NCBI GenBank assembly: GCA_964016885.1
Contig: OZ024742.1
Coordinates: 165,478,001-165,542,000 of the forward strand
From: Eledone cirrhosa
Taxonomy: Eukaryota
Length of the DNA: 64,000 nt
Reading direction: 5' to 3'
Numbering within the stretch: the first letter of the stretch is position 1; every line of letters begins with the position of its first letter. A model generated the notes under the pieces. The model was not told where the DNA came from. It saw only the letters and a list, made by a program, of their open reading frames with translations, and did no database searches. The position numbers and the translations under genes were made by a program. This document shows positions 41,640 to 53,990 of this stretch, in pieces.

Positions 41640-44180
41640 TTTTTTTACAAATTATCTCCCCCTGATTTTTTTTTACAAATTATCTCCCCCTGATTTTTTT
41701 TACAAATTATCTCCCCCTGATTTTTTTTTACAAATTATTTCCCCCTGATTTTTTTACAAATTATCTCCCCCCTGATTTTTTTTACAATCTCCGCCTGATT
41801 TTTTAAAAAATTATCTTCCCTTGGCTGGCGGGAAATTATCTCCCCTTGGACGGCTGGAAATTATATCCCCTTGGAAGGATGGAAATTATCTCCCCTTGGA
41901 CGGCTGGAAATTATCTCCCCTTGGACGGCTGGAAATTATCTCCCCTTGGACAGCTGGAAATTATCTGCCCTTGATTTTGTTTTTACAAATTATCTCCCCC
42001 TGATTTTTTTTACAAATTATCTCCACCTGATTTTTAAAAAAATTATCTCCCCTTGGACGGCTGGAAATTATCTCCCCTTGATTTTTTTACAAATTATCTC
42101 CCCTTGATTTTTTTTACAAATTATCTCCCCCTGATTTTTTTTTACAAATTATCTCCCCCTGATTTTTTTACAAATTATCTCCCCCTGATTTTTTTTACAA
42201 ATTATCTCCGCCTGATTTTTTTAAATATTATCTTCCCTTGGCTGGCGGGAAATTATCTCCCCTTGGACGGCTGAAAATTATCTCCCCTTGGACGGCTGGA
42301 AATTATCTCCCCTTGATTTTTTTTACAAATTATCTCCCCCTGATTTTTTTTACAAATTATCTCCCCCTGATTTTTTTTTACAAATTATCTCCCCCTGATT
42401 TTTTTTTACAAATTATCTCACCCTGATTTTTTTTACAAATTATCTCCCTCTGATTTTTTTACAAATTATCTCCCCTTGGCTGGCTGGAAATTATCTCCCC
42501 TTGGAGGCTGGAATTTATCTCCCCTTGGACGGCTAGAAATTACCTCTCCTTGGACGGCTGGAAAATATGTCTCCTTGGACGGCTGGATATTATCTACCCT
42601 TGGACGGCTGGAAATTATCTCCCCTTGGACGGCTGGAAATTATCTCCCCTTGGACGGCTAGATATTACCTCCCCTTGGACGGCTGGAAATTATCTCCCCT
42701 TGATTTTTTTACAAATTATCTCCCCCTGATTTTTTTACAAATTATCTCCCCCTGATTTTTTTTACAAATTATCTCCGCCTAATTTTTTTAAATATTATCT
42801 TCCCTTGGCTGGCGGGAAATTATCTCCCCTTGGACGGCTGAAAATTATCTCCCCTTGGACGGCTGGAAATTATCTCCCCTTGATTTTTTTTACAAATTAT
42901 CTCCCCCTGATTTTTTTTTACAAATTATCTCCCCCTGATTTTTTTTACAAATTATCTCCCCCTGATTTTTTTTTACAAATTATTTCCCCCTGATTTTTTT
43001 ACAAATTATCTCCCCCCTGATTTTTTTTACAATCTCCGCCTGATTTTTTTAAAAATTATCTTCCCTTGGCTGGCGGGAAATTATCTCCCCTTGGACGGCT
43101 GGAAATTATATCCCCTTGGAAGGATGGAAATTATCTCCCCTTGGACGGCTGGAAATTATCTCCCCTTGGACGGCTGGAAATTATCTCCCCTTGGACAGCT
43201 GGAAATTATCTGCCCTTGATTTTGTTTTTACAAATTATCTCCCCCTGATTTTTTTTACAAATTATCTCCACCTGATTTTAAAAAAAATTATCTCCCCTTG
43301 GACGGCTGGAAATTATCTCCCCTTGATTTTTTTACAAATTATCTCCCCTTGATTTTTTTTACAAATTATCTCCCCCTGATTTTTTTTTACAAATTATCTC
43401 CCCCTGATTTTTTTACAAATTATCTCCCCCTGATTTTTTTTACAAATTATCTCCGCCTGATTTTTTTAAATATTATCTTCCCTTGGCTGGCGGGAAATTA
43501 TCTCCCCTTGGACGGCTGAAAATTATCTCCCCTTGGACGGCTGGAAATTATCTCCCCTTGATTTTTTTTACAAATTATCTCCCCCTGATTTTTTTTTACA
43601 AATTATCTCCCCCTGATTTTTTTTTACAAATTATCTCCCCCTGATTTTTTTTTACAAATTATCTCACCCTGATTTTTTTTACAAATTATCTCCCTCTGAT
43701 TTTTTTACAAATTATCTCCCCTTGGCTGGCTGGAAATTATCTCCCCTTGGAGGCTGGAATTTATCTCCCCTTGGACGGCTAGAAATTACCTCTCCTTGGA
43801 CGGCTGGAAAATATGTCTCCTTGGACGGCTGGATATTATCTACCCTTGGACGGCTGGAAATTATCTCCCCTTGGACGGCTGGAAATTATCTCCCCTTGGA
43901 CGGCTAGATATTACCTCCCCTTGGACGGCTGGAAATTATCTCCCCTTGATTTTTTTACAAATTATCTCCCCCTGATTTTTTTACAAATTATCTCCCCCTG
44001 ATTTTTTTTACAAATTATCTCCGCCTAATTTTTTTAAATATTATCTTCCCTTGGCTGGCGGGAAATTATCTCCCCTTGGACGGCTGAAAATTATCTCCCC
44101 TTGGACGGCTGGAAATTATCTCCCCTTGATTTTTTTTACAAATTATCTCCCCCTGATTTTTTTTTACAAATTATCTCCCC
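41640..44180 (+). repeat. Tandem duplication, ~1245-bp unit x2
   Basis: ORFs 41821/43066, 42053/43298, 42476/43722, 42805/44051. Shared rare B-B CCCCTTGA at 42091/43336. Confidence 0.88.
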
Positions 44181-46820
44181 CTGATTTTTTTTACAAATTA
44201 TCTCCCCCTGATTTTTTTACAAATTATCTCCCCTTGGCTGGCTGGAAATTATCTCCCCTTGGAGGCTGGAATTTATCTCCCCTTGGACGGCTAGAAATTA
44301 CCTCTCCTTGGACGGCTGGAAAATATGTCCTTGGACGGCTGGATATTATCTACCCTTGGACGGCTGGAAATTATCTCCCCTTGGACGGCTGGAAATTATC
44401 TCCCCTTGGACGGCTAGATATTACCTCCCCTTGGACGGCTGGAAATTATCTCCCCTTGAATTTTTTTACAAATTATCTCCCCCTGATTTTTTTTTACAAA
44501 TTATCTCCCCCTGATTTTTTTTTACAAATTATCTACCCCTGATTTTTTTTTACAAATTATCTCCCCCTGATTTTTTTTACAAATTATCTCCCCCTGATTT
44601 TTTTTTACAAATTATCTCGCCCTGATTTTTTTTTACAAATTATCTACCCCTGATTTTTTTTACAAATTATCTCCCCCTGATTTTTTTTACAAATTATCTC
44701 CCCCTGATTTTTTTTACAAATTATCTCCGCCTAATTTTTTTAAATATTATCTTCCCTTGGCTGGCGGGAAATTATCTCCCCTTGGACGGCTGAAAATTAT
44801 CTCTCCTTGGACGGCTGGAAATTATCTCCCCTTGATTTTTTTTACAAATTATCTCCCCCTGATTATTTTTTACAAATTATCTCCCCCTGATTTTTTTTTA
44901 CAAATTATCTCCCCCTGATTTTTTTTACAAATTATCTCCCCCTGATTTTTTTACAAATTATCTCCCCTTGGCTGGCTGGAAATTATCTCCCCTTGGAGGC
45001 TGGAATTTATCTCCCCTTGGACGGTTAGAAATTACCTCTCCTTGGACGGCTGGAAAATATGTCTCCTTGGACGGCTGGAAATTATCGCCCCTTGGACGGC
45101 TGGAAATTATCTCCCCTTGGACGGCTGGAAATTATCTCTCCTCGGACGGCTAGAAATTACCTCTCTTTGGACAGCTGAAAATTATCTCCCCTTGGACGGC
45201 TGGAAATTATCTCCCCTTGATTTTTTTTACAAATTATCTCCCCCTGATTTTTTTTTACAAATTATCTCCCCCTGATTTTTTTTTACAAATTATCTCCCCC
45301 TGATTTTTTTTTACAAATTATCTCCCCCTGATTTTTTTACAAATTATCTCCCCTTGGCTGGCTGGAAATTATCTCCCCTTGGAGGCTGGAATTTATCTCC
45401 CCTTGGACGGCTAGAAATTACCTCTCCTTGGACGGCTGGAAAATATGTCTCCTTGGACGGCTGGATATTATCTACCCTTGGACGGGTGGAAATTATCTCC
45501 CCTTGGACGGCTGGAAATTATCTCCCCTTGGACGGCTAGATATTACCTCCCCTTGGACGGCTGGAAATTATCTCCCCTTGATTTTTTTACAAATTATCTC
45601 CCCCTGATTTTTTTACAAATTATCTCCCCCTGATTTTTTTTACAAATTATCTCCGCCTAATTTTTTTAAATATTATCTTCCCTTGGCTGGCGGGAAATTA
45701 TCTCCCCTTGGACGGCTGAAAATTATCTCCCCTTGGACGGCTGGAAATTATCTCCCCTTGATTTTTTTTACAAATTATCTCCCCCTGATTTTTTTTTACA
45801 AATTATCTCCCCCTGATTTTTTTTTACAAATTATCTCCCCCTGATTTTTTTACAAATTATCTCCCCTTGGCTGGCTGGAAATTATCTCCCCTTGGAGGCT
45901 GGAATTTATCTCCCCTTGGACGGCTAGAAATTACCTCTCCTTGGACGGCTGGAAAATATGTCCTTGGACGGCTGGATATTATCTACCCTTGGACGGCTGG
46001 AAATTATCTCCCCTTGGACGGCTGGAAATTATCTCCCCTTGGACGGCTAGATATTACCTCCCCTTGGACGGCTGGAAATTATCTCCCCTTGATTTTTTTT
46101 ACAAATTATCTCCCCCTGATTTTTTTTTACAAATTATCTCCCCCTGATTTTTTTTTACAAATTATCTACCCCTGATTTTTTTTTACAAATTATCTCCCCC
46201 TGATTTTTTTTACAAATTATCTCCCCCTGATTTTTTTTTACAAATTATCTCCCCCTGATTTTTTTTTACAAATTATCTACCCCTGATTTTTTTTACAAAT
46301 TATCTCCCCCTGATTTTTTTTACAAATTATCTCCCCCTGATTTTGTTTACAAATTATCTCCCCCTGATTTTTTTACAAATTATCTCCCCCTGATTTTTTT
46401 TACAAATTATCTCCGCCTAATTTTTTTAAATATTATCTTCCCTTGGCTGGCGGGAAATTATCTCCCCTTGGACGGCTGAAAATTATCTCTCCTTGGACGG
46501 CTGGAAATTATCTCCCCTTCATTTTTTTTACAAATTATCTCCCCCTGATTATTTTTTACAAATTATCTCCCCCTGATTTTTTTTTACAAATTATCTCCCC
46601 CTGATTTTTTTTACAAATTATCTCCCCCTGATTTTTTTACAAATTATCTCCCCTTGGCTGGCTGGAAATTATCTCCCCTTGGAGGCTGGAATTTATCTCC
46701 CCTTGGACGGTTAGAAATTACCTCTCCTTGGACGGCTGGAAAATATGTCTCCTTGGACGGCTGGAAATTATCGCCCCTTGGACGGCTGGAAATTATCTCC
46801 CCTTGGACGGCTGGAAATTA
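43700..46820 (+). repeat. Tandem duplication, ~1.63-1.69-kb unit x~2
   Basis: ORFs 43722/45354, 44308/45941, 44968/46654. Shared GAAAATTATCTCTCC and TATCGCCCC variants. Confidence 0.8.
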
Positions 46821-47549
46821 TCTCCCCTTGATTTTTTTTACAAATTATCTCCCCCTGATTTTTTTTTACAAATTATCTCCCCCTGATTTTTTTTTAGAAA
46901 TTATCTCCCCCTGATTTTTTTTTACAAATTATCTCCCCCTGATATTTTTACAAATTATCTCCCCCTGATTTTTTTACAAATTATCTCCCCTTGGCTGGCT
47001 GGAAATTATCTCCCCTTGGAGGCTGGAATTTATCTCCCCTTAGACGGCTAGAAATTACCTCGCCTTGGACGGCTGGCAAATATGTCTCCTTGGACGGCTG
47101 GAAATTATCTCCCCTTGGACGGCTGGAAATTATCTCCCCTTGGACGGCTGGAAATTATCTCCCCTTGGACGGCTAGATATTACCTCCCCTTGGACGGCTG
47201 GAAATTATCTCCCCTTGGACGGCTAGATATTACCTCCCCTTGGACGGCTGGAAATTATCTCCCCTTGATTTTTTTTACAAATTATCTCCCCCTGATTTTT
47301 TTTTACAAATTATCTCCCCCTGATTTTTTTTTACGAATTATCTCCCCCCGATTTTTTTTTACAAATTATCTCCGCCTGATTTTTTTAAAAAAATTATCTC
47401 CCCTTGAACGGCTGGAAATTATCTCCCCTTGGACGGCTGGAAATTATCTCCCCTTGGACGGCTAGAAATTACCTCTCCTTGGACGGCTGAAAATTATCTC
47501 CCCTTGGACGGCTGCAAATTATCTCCCCCTGATTTTTTTACAAATTATC

Positions 47550-49560
47550 TCCCCCTGATTTTTTTTACAATCTCCGCCTGATTTTTTTAAAAATTATCTT
47601 CCCTTGGCTGGCGGGAAATTATCTCCCCTTGGACGGCTGGAAATTATATCCCCTTGGAAGGATGGAAATTATCTCCCCTTGGACGGCTGGAAATTATCTC
47701 CCCTTGGACGGCTGGAAATTATCTCCCCTTGGACAGCTGGAAATTATCTGCCCTTGATTTTGTATTTACAAATTATCTCCCCCTGATTTTTTTTACAAAT
47801 TATCTCCACCTGATTTTTTAAAAAATTATCTCCCCTTGGACGGCTGGAAATTATCTCCCCTTGATTTTTTTACAAATTATCTCCCCCTGATTTTTTTTAC
47901 AAATTATCTCCCCCTGATTTTTTGTTACAAATTATCTCCCCCTGATTTTTTTACAAATTATCTCCCCCTGATTTTTTTTACAAATTATCTCCGCCTGATT
48001 TTTTTAAATATTATCTTCCCTTGGCTGGCGGGAAATTATCTCCCCTTGGACGGCTGAAAATTATCTCCCCTTGGACGGCTGGAAATTATCTCCCCTTGAT
48101 TTTTTTACAAATTATCTCCCCCTGATTTTTTTTTACAAATTATCTCCCCCTGATTTTTTTTACAAATTATCTCCCCCTGATTTTTTTTTACAAATTATCT
48201 CCCCCTGATTTTTTTTTACAAATTATCTCCCCCTGATTTTTTTACAAATTATCTCCCCTTGGCAGGCTGGAAATTATCTCCCCTTGGAGGCTGGAATTTA
48301 TCTCCCCTTGGACGGCTAGAAATTACCTCTCCTTGGACGGCTGGAAAATATGTCTCCTTGGACGGCTGGATATTATCTACCCTTGGACGGCTGGAAATTA
48401 TCTCCCCTTGGACGGCTGGAAATTATCTCCCCTTGGACGGCTAGATATTACCTCCCCTTGGACGGCTGGAAATTATCTCCCCTTGATTTTTTTTACAAAT
48501 TATCTCCCCCTGATTTTTTTTTACGAATTATCTCCCCCTGATTTTTTTTTAAAAATTATCTCCGCCTGATTTTTTTTTAAAATTATCTCCCCTTGAACGG
48601 CTGGAAATTATCTCCCCTTGGACGGCTGGAAATTATCTCCCCTTGGACGGCTAGAAATTACCTCTCCTTGGACGGCTGAAAATTATCTCCCCTTGGACGG
48701 CTGCAAATTATCTCCCCTTGATTTTTTTAACAAATTATCTCCCCCTGATTTTTTTTTACAAATTATCTCCCCCTGATTTTTTTTTACAAATTATCTACGC
48801 CTAATTTTTTTTACAAATTATCTCCCCCTGATTTTTTTTACAAATTATCTCCCCCTGATTTTTTTTACAAATTATCTCCCCCTGATTTTTTTTTACAAAT
48901 TATCTCCCCCTGATTTTTTTACAAATTATCTCCCCCCTGATTTTTTTTACAATCTCCGCCTGATTTTTTTAAAAATTATCTTCCCTTGGCTGGCAGGAAA
49001 TTATCTCCCCTTGGACGGCTGAAAATTATCTCCCCTTGGACGGCTGGAAATTATCTCCCCTTGATTTTTTTTACAAATTATCTCCCCCTGATTTTTTTTT
49101 ACAAATTATCTCCCCCTGATTTTTTTTACAAATTATCTCCCCCTGATTTTTTTTTACAAATTATCTGCCCCTGATTTTTTTTACAAATTATCTCCCCCTG
49201 ATTTTTTTACAAATTATCTCCCCTTGGCTGGCTGGAAATTATCTCCCCTTGGAGGCTGGAATTTATCTCCCCTTGGAAGGCTAGAAATTACCTCTCCTTG
49301 GACGGCTGGAAAATATTTCTCCTTGGACGGCTGGATATTATCTACCCTTGGACGGGTGGAAATTATCTCCCCTTGGACGGCTGGAAATTATCTCCCCTTG
49401 GACGGCTAGATATTACCTCCCCTTGGACGGCTGGAAATTATCTCCCCTTGATTTTTTTTACAAATTATCTCCCCCTGATTTTTTTTACAAATTATCTCCA
49501 CCTGATTTTTTTACAAATTATCTCCCCCTGATTTTTTTTACAAATTATCTCCCCCTGATT
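47550..49560 (+). repeat. Third copy of ~2670-4680
   Basis: Offset 44884-44885 (2720/47604, 3374/48259, 4101/48986, 4339/49224). Shares TTGTATTTAC, TTTTGTTAC and GGCAGGAAA. Confidence 0.88.
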
Positions 49561-50849
49561 TTTTTTTTACAAATTATCTCCCCCTGATTTTTTTACAAAT
49601 TATCTCCCCCTGATTTTTTTTACAAATTATCTCCGCCTGATTTTTTTAAATATTATCTTCCCTTGGCTGGCGGGAAATTATCTCCCCTTGGACGGCTGAA
49701 AATTATCTCCCCTTGGACGGCTGGAAATTATCTCCCCTTGATTTTTTTTACAAATTATCTCCCCCTGATTATTTTTTACAAATTATCTTTCCCTGATTTT
49801 TTTTTACAAATTATCTCCCCCTGATTTTTTATACAAATTATCTCCCCCTGATTTTTTTACAAATTATCTCCCCTTGGCTGGCTGGAAATTATCTCCCCTT
49901 GGAGGCTGGAATTTATCTCCCCTTGGACGGCTGGAAATTATCTCTCCTTGGACGGCTAGTAATTACCTCTCCTTGGACGGCTGGAAAATATGTCTCGTTG
50001 GAGGGCTGGAAATTATCTCCCCTTGGACGGCTGGAAATTATCTCCCCTTGGACGGCTGGAAATTATCTCTCCTTGGACGGCTAGAAATTACCTCTCCTTG
50101 GACGGCTGAAAATTATCTCCCCTTGGACGGCTAGATATTACCTCCCCTTGGACGGCTGGAAATTATCTCCCCTTGATTTTTTTTACAAATTATCTCCCCC
50201 TGATTTTTTTTACAAATTATCTCCACCTGATTTTTTTACAAATTATCTCCCCCTGATTTTTTTTACAAATTATCTCCGCCTAATTTTTTTAAATATTATC
50301 TTCCCTTGGCTGGCGGGAAATTATCTCCCCTTGGACGGCTGAAAATTATCTCCCCTTGGACGGCTAGAAATTATCTCCCCTTGATTTTTTTTACAAATTA
50401 TCTCCCCCTGATTTTTTTTTACAAATTATCTCCCCCTGATTTTTTTTTTACAAATTATCTCCCCCTGATTTTTTTTTACAAATTATCTCCCCCTGATTTT
50501 TTTTACAAATTATCTCCCCTTGGCTGGCTGGAAATTATCTCCCCTTGGAGGCTGGAATTTATCTCCCCTTGGACGGCTAGAAATTACCTCTCCTTGGACG
50601 GCTGGAAAATATGTCCTTGGACGGCTGGATATTATCTACCCTTGGACGGCTGGAAATTATCTCCCCTTGGACGGCTGGAAATTATCTCCCCTTGGAGGCT
50701 GGAATTTATCTCCCCTTGGACGGCTAGAAATTACCTCTCCTTGGACGGCTGGAAAATATGTCCTTGGACGGCTGGATATTACCTCCCCTTGGACGGCTGG
50801 AAATTATCTCCCCTTGATTTTTTTTACAAATTATCTCCCCCTGATTTTT

Positions 50850-52075
50850 TTTACAAATCTAATGATTTTTTAAAAAAATTATCTCCCCTTCGCTGGCTGG
50901 AAATTATCTCCCCTTCGCTGGCTGGAAATTATCTCCCCTTGGACGCTGGAAATTATAGCCCCTTGGAGGGCTGGAAATTATCTTCCCTTGGACGGCTGGA
51001 AATTATCTCCCCTTGGCTCGAAATTATCTCCCCTTGGAAGGCTAGAAATTATCTCTCTTTGGACGGCTGGAAATTATCTCCCTTTGATTTTTTTTACAAA
51101 TTATCTCCCCCTGATTTTTTTTACAAATCTCCCCCTGATTTTTTAAAAAAATTATCTCCCCTTCGCTGGCTGGAAATTATCTCCCCTTGGACACTGGAAA
51201 TTATAGCCCCTTGGAGGGCTGGAAATTATCTTCCCTTGGACGGCTGGAAATTATCTCTGCTTGATTTTTTTTACAAATTATCTCCCCCTGATTTTTTTTT
51301 ACAAATTATCCCCCCCGATTTTTTTTACAAATTATCTCCCCCTGATTTTTTTTACAAATTATCTCCCCTTGGACGGCTGGAAATTATCTCCCCTTGGACG
51401 GCTGGAAATTATCTCCCCTTGGACGGCTAGAAATTACCTCTCCTTGGACGACTGAAAATTATCTCCCCTTGGACGGCTGCAAATTATCTCCCCTTGATTT
51501 TTTTTACAAATTATCTCCGCCTGATTTTTTTTTTAAAATTATCTCCCCTTGGACGGCTGGAAATTACCTCCCCTTGGACGGCTGGAAATTATCTCCCCTT
51601 GGACGGCTAGAAATTACCTCTCATTGGACGGCTGAAAATTATCTCCCCTTGGACGGCTGGAAATTATCTCCCCTTGATTTTTTTTTACAAATTATCTCCC
51701 CCTGATTTTTTTTTACAAATTATCTCCCCCTGATTTTTTTTTTACAAATTATCTCCGCCTGATTTTTTTTTAAAATTATCTCTCCTTGGACGGCTGGATA
51801 TTATCTCCCCTTTCATTTTTTTTACAAATTATCTCCCCCTGATTTTTTTTTACAAATTATCTCCCCCTGATTTTTTTTTACAAATTATCTACCCCTAATT
51901 TTTTTTTACAAATTATCTCCCCCTGATTTTTTTACAAATTATCTCCCCCTGATTTTTTTTACAAATTATCTCCGCCTGATTTTTTTAAATATTATCTTCT
52001 CTTGGCTGGCGGGAAATTATCTCCCCTTGGACGGCTGAAAATTATCTCCCCTTGGACGGCTGGAAATTATCTCCC
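50850..52075 (+). repeat. Diverged-monomer island, copy 2 (longer, with an internal ~0.25-0.27-kb duplication)
   Basis: Same rare variants as 37875-38830, plus AAATCTAATGA, CCTTCGCTGG (x3), GGACGCTGG and a 21-bp monomer ending GGCTCG. Confidence 0.88.
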
Positions 52076-53990
52076 CTTGGAGGCTGGAATTTATCTCCCC
52101 TTGGACGGCTAGAAATTACCTCTCCTTGGACGGCTGGAAAATATGTCCTTGGACGGCTGGATATTATCTACCCTTGGACGGCTGGAAATTATCTCCCCTT
52201 GGACGGCTGGAAATTATCTCCCCTTGGACGGCTAGATATTACCTCCCCTTGGACGGCTGGAAATTATCTCCCCTTGATTTTTTTTACAAATTATCCCCCC
52301 CTGATTTTTTTTTACAAATTATCTCCCCCTGATTTTTTTTTACAAATTATCTACCCCTGATTTTTTTTTACAAATTATCTCCCCCTGATTTTTTTTACAA
52401 ATTATCTCTCCCTGATTTTTTTTTACAAATTATCTCCCCCTGATTTTTTTTTACAAATTATCTACCCCTGATTTTTTTTTACAAATTATCTCCCCCTGAT
52501 TTTTTTTACAAATTATCTCCCCCTGATTTTTTTTACAAATTATCTCCCCCTGATTTTTTTACAAATTATCTCCCCCCGATTTTTTTTACAAATTATCTCC
52601 GCCTAATTTTTTTAAATATTATCTTCCCTTGGCTGGCGGGAAATTATCTCCCCTTGGACGGCTGAAAATTATCTCCCCTTGGACGGCTGGAAATTATCTC
52701 CCCTTGATTTTTTTACAAATTATCTCCCCCTGATTATTTTTTACAAATTATCTCCCCCTGATTTTTTTTTACAAATTATCTCCCTCTGATTTTTTTTACA
52801 AATTATCTCCCCTTGGCTGGCTGGAAATTATCTCCCCTTGGAGGCTGGAATTTATCTCCACTTGGACGGTTAGAAATTACCTCTCCTTGGACTGCTGGAA
52901 AATATGTCTCCTTGGACGGCTGGAAATTATCTCCCCTTGGACGGCTGGAAATTATCTCCCCTTGGACGGCTGGAAATTATCTCTCCTCGGACGACTAGAA
53001 ATTACCTCTCCTTGGACAGCTGAAAATTATCTCCCCTTGGACGGCTGGAAATTATCTCCCCTTGATTTTTTTTACAAATTATCTCCCCGATTTTTTTTTA
53101 CAAATTATCTCCCCCTGATTTTTTTTTACAAATTATCTCCCCCTGATTTTTTTTACAAATTATCTCCCCCTGATATTTTTTACAAATTATCTCCCCCTGA
53201 TTTTTTAACAAATTATCTCCCCTTGGCTGGCTGGAAATTATCTCCCCTTGGAGGCTGGAATTTATCTCCCCTTGGACGGCTAGAAATTACCTCGCCTTGG
53301 ACGGCTGGAAAATATGTCTCCTTGGACGGCTGGAAATTATCTCCCCTTGGACGGCTGGAAATTATCTCCCCTTGGACGGCTGGAAATTATCTCCCTTTGG
53401 ACGGCTAGATATTACCTCCCCTTGGACGGCTGGAAATTATCTCCCCTTGATTTTTTTTACAAATTATCTCCCCCTGATTTTTTTTTACAAATTATCTCCC
53501 CCTGATTTTTTTTTACGAATTATCTCCCCCTGATTTTTTTTTACAAATTATCTCCGCCTGATTTTTTTTTTAAAATTATCTCCCCTTGAACGGCTGGAAA
53601 TTATCTCCCCTTGGACGGCTGGAAATTATCTCCCCTTGGACGGCTAGAAATTACCTCTCCTTGGACGGCTGAAAATTATCTCCCCTTGGACGGCTGCAAA
53701 TTATCTCCCCTTGATTTTTTAACAAATTATCTCCCCCTGATTTTTTTTTACAAATTATCTCCCCCTGATTTTTTTTTACAAATTATCTACGCCTAATTTT
53801 TTTTACAAATTATCTCCCCCTGATTTTTTTTTACAAATTATCTCCCCCTGATTTTTTTTACAAATTATCTCCCCCTGATTTTTTTTTACAAATTATTTCC
53901 CCCTGATTTTTTTACAAATTATCTCCCCCCTGATTTTTTTTACAATCTCCGCCTGATTTTTTTTAAAATTATCTTGCCTTGGCTGGCGGG

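Noticed and set aside
50306-51430. 374-aa ORF, the longest in the track
   Set aside because: It is made only of translated satellite monomers and starts at TTG. It stays open because local indels happen to skip TGA/TAG. It has no domain and is not preserved in the paralogous island at 37.9 kb.
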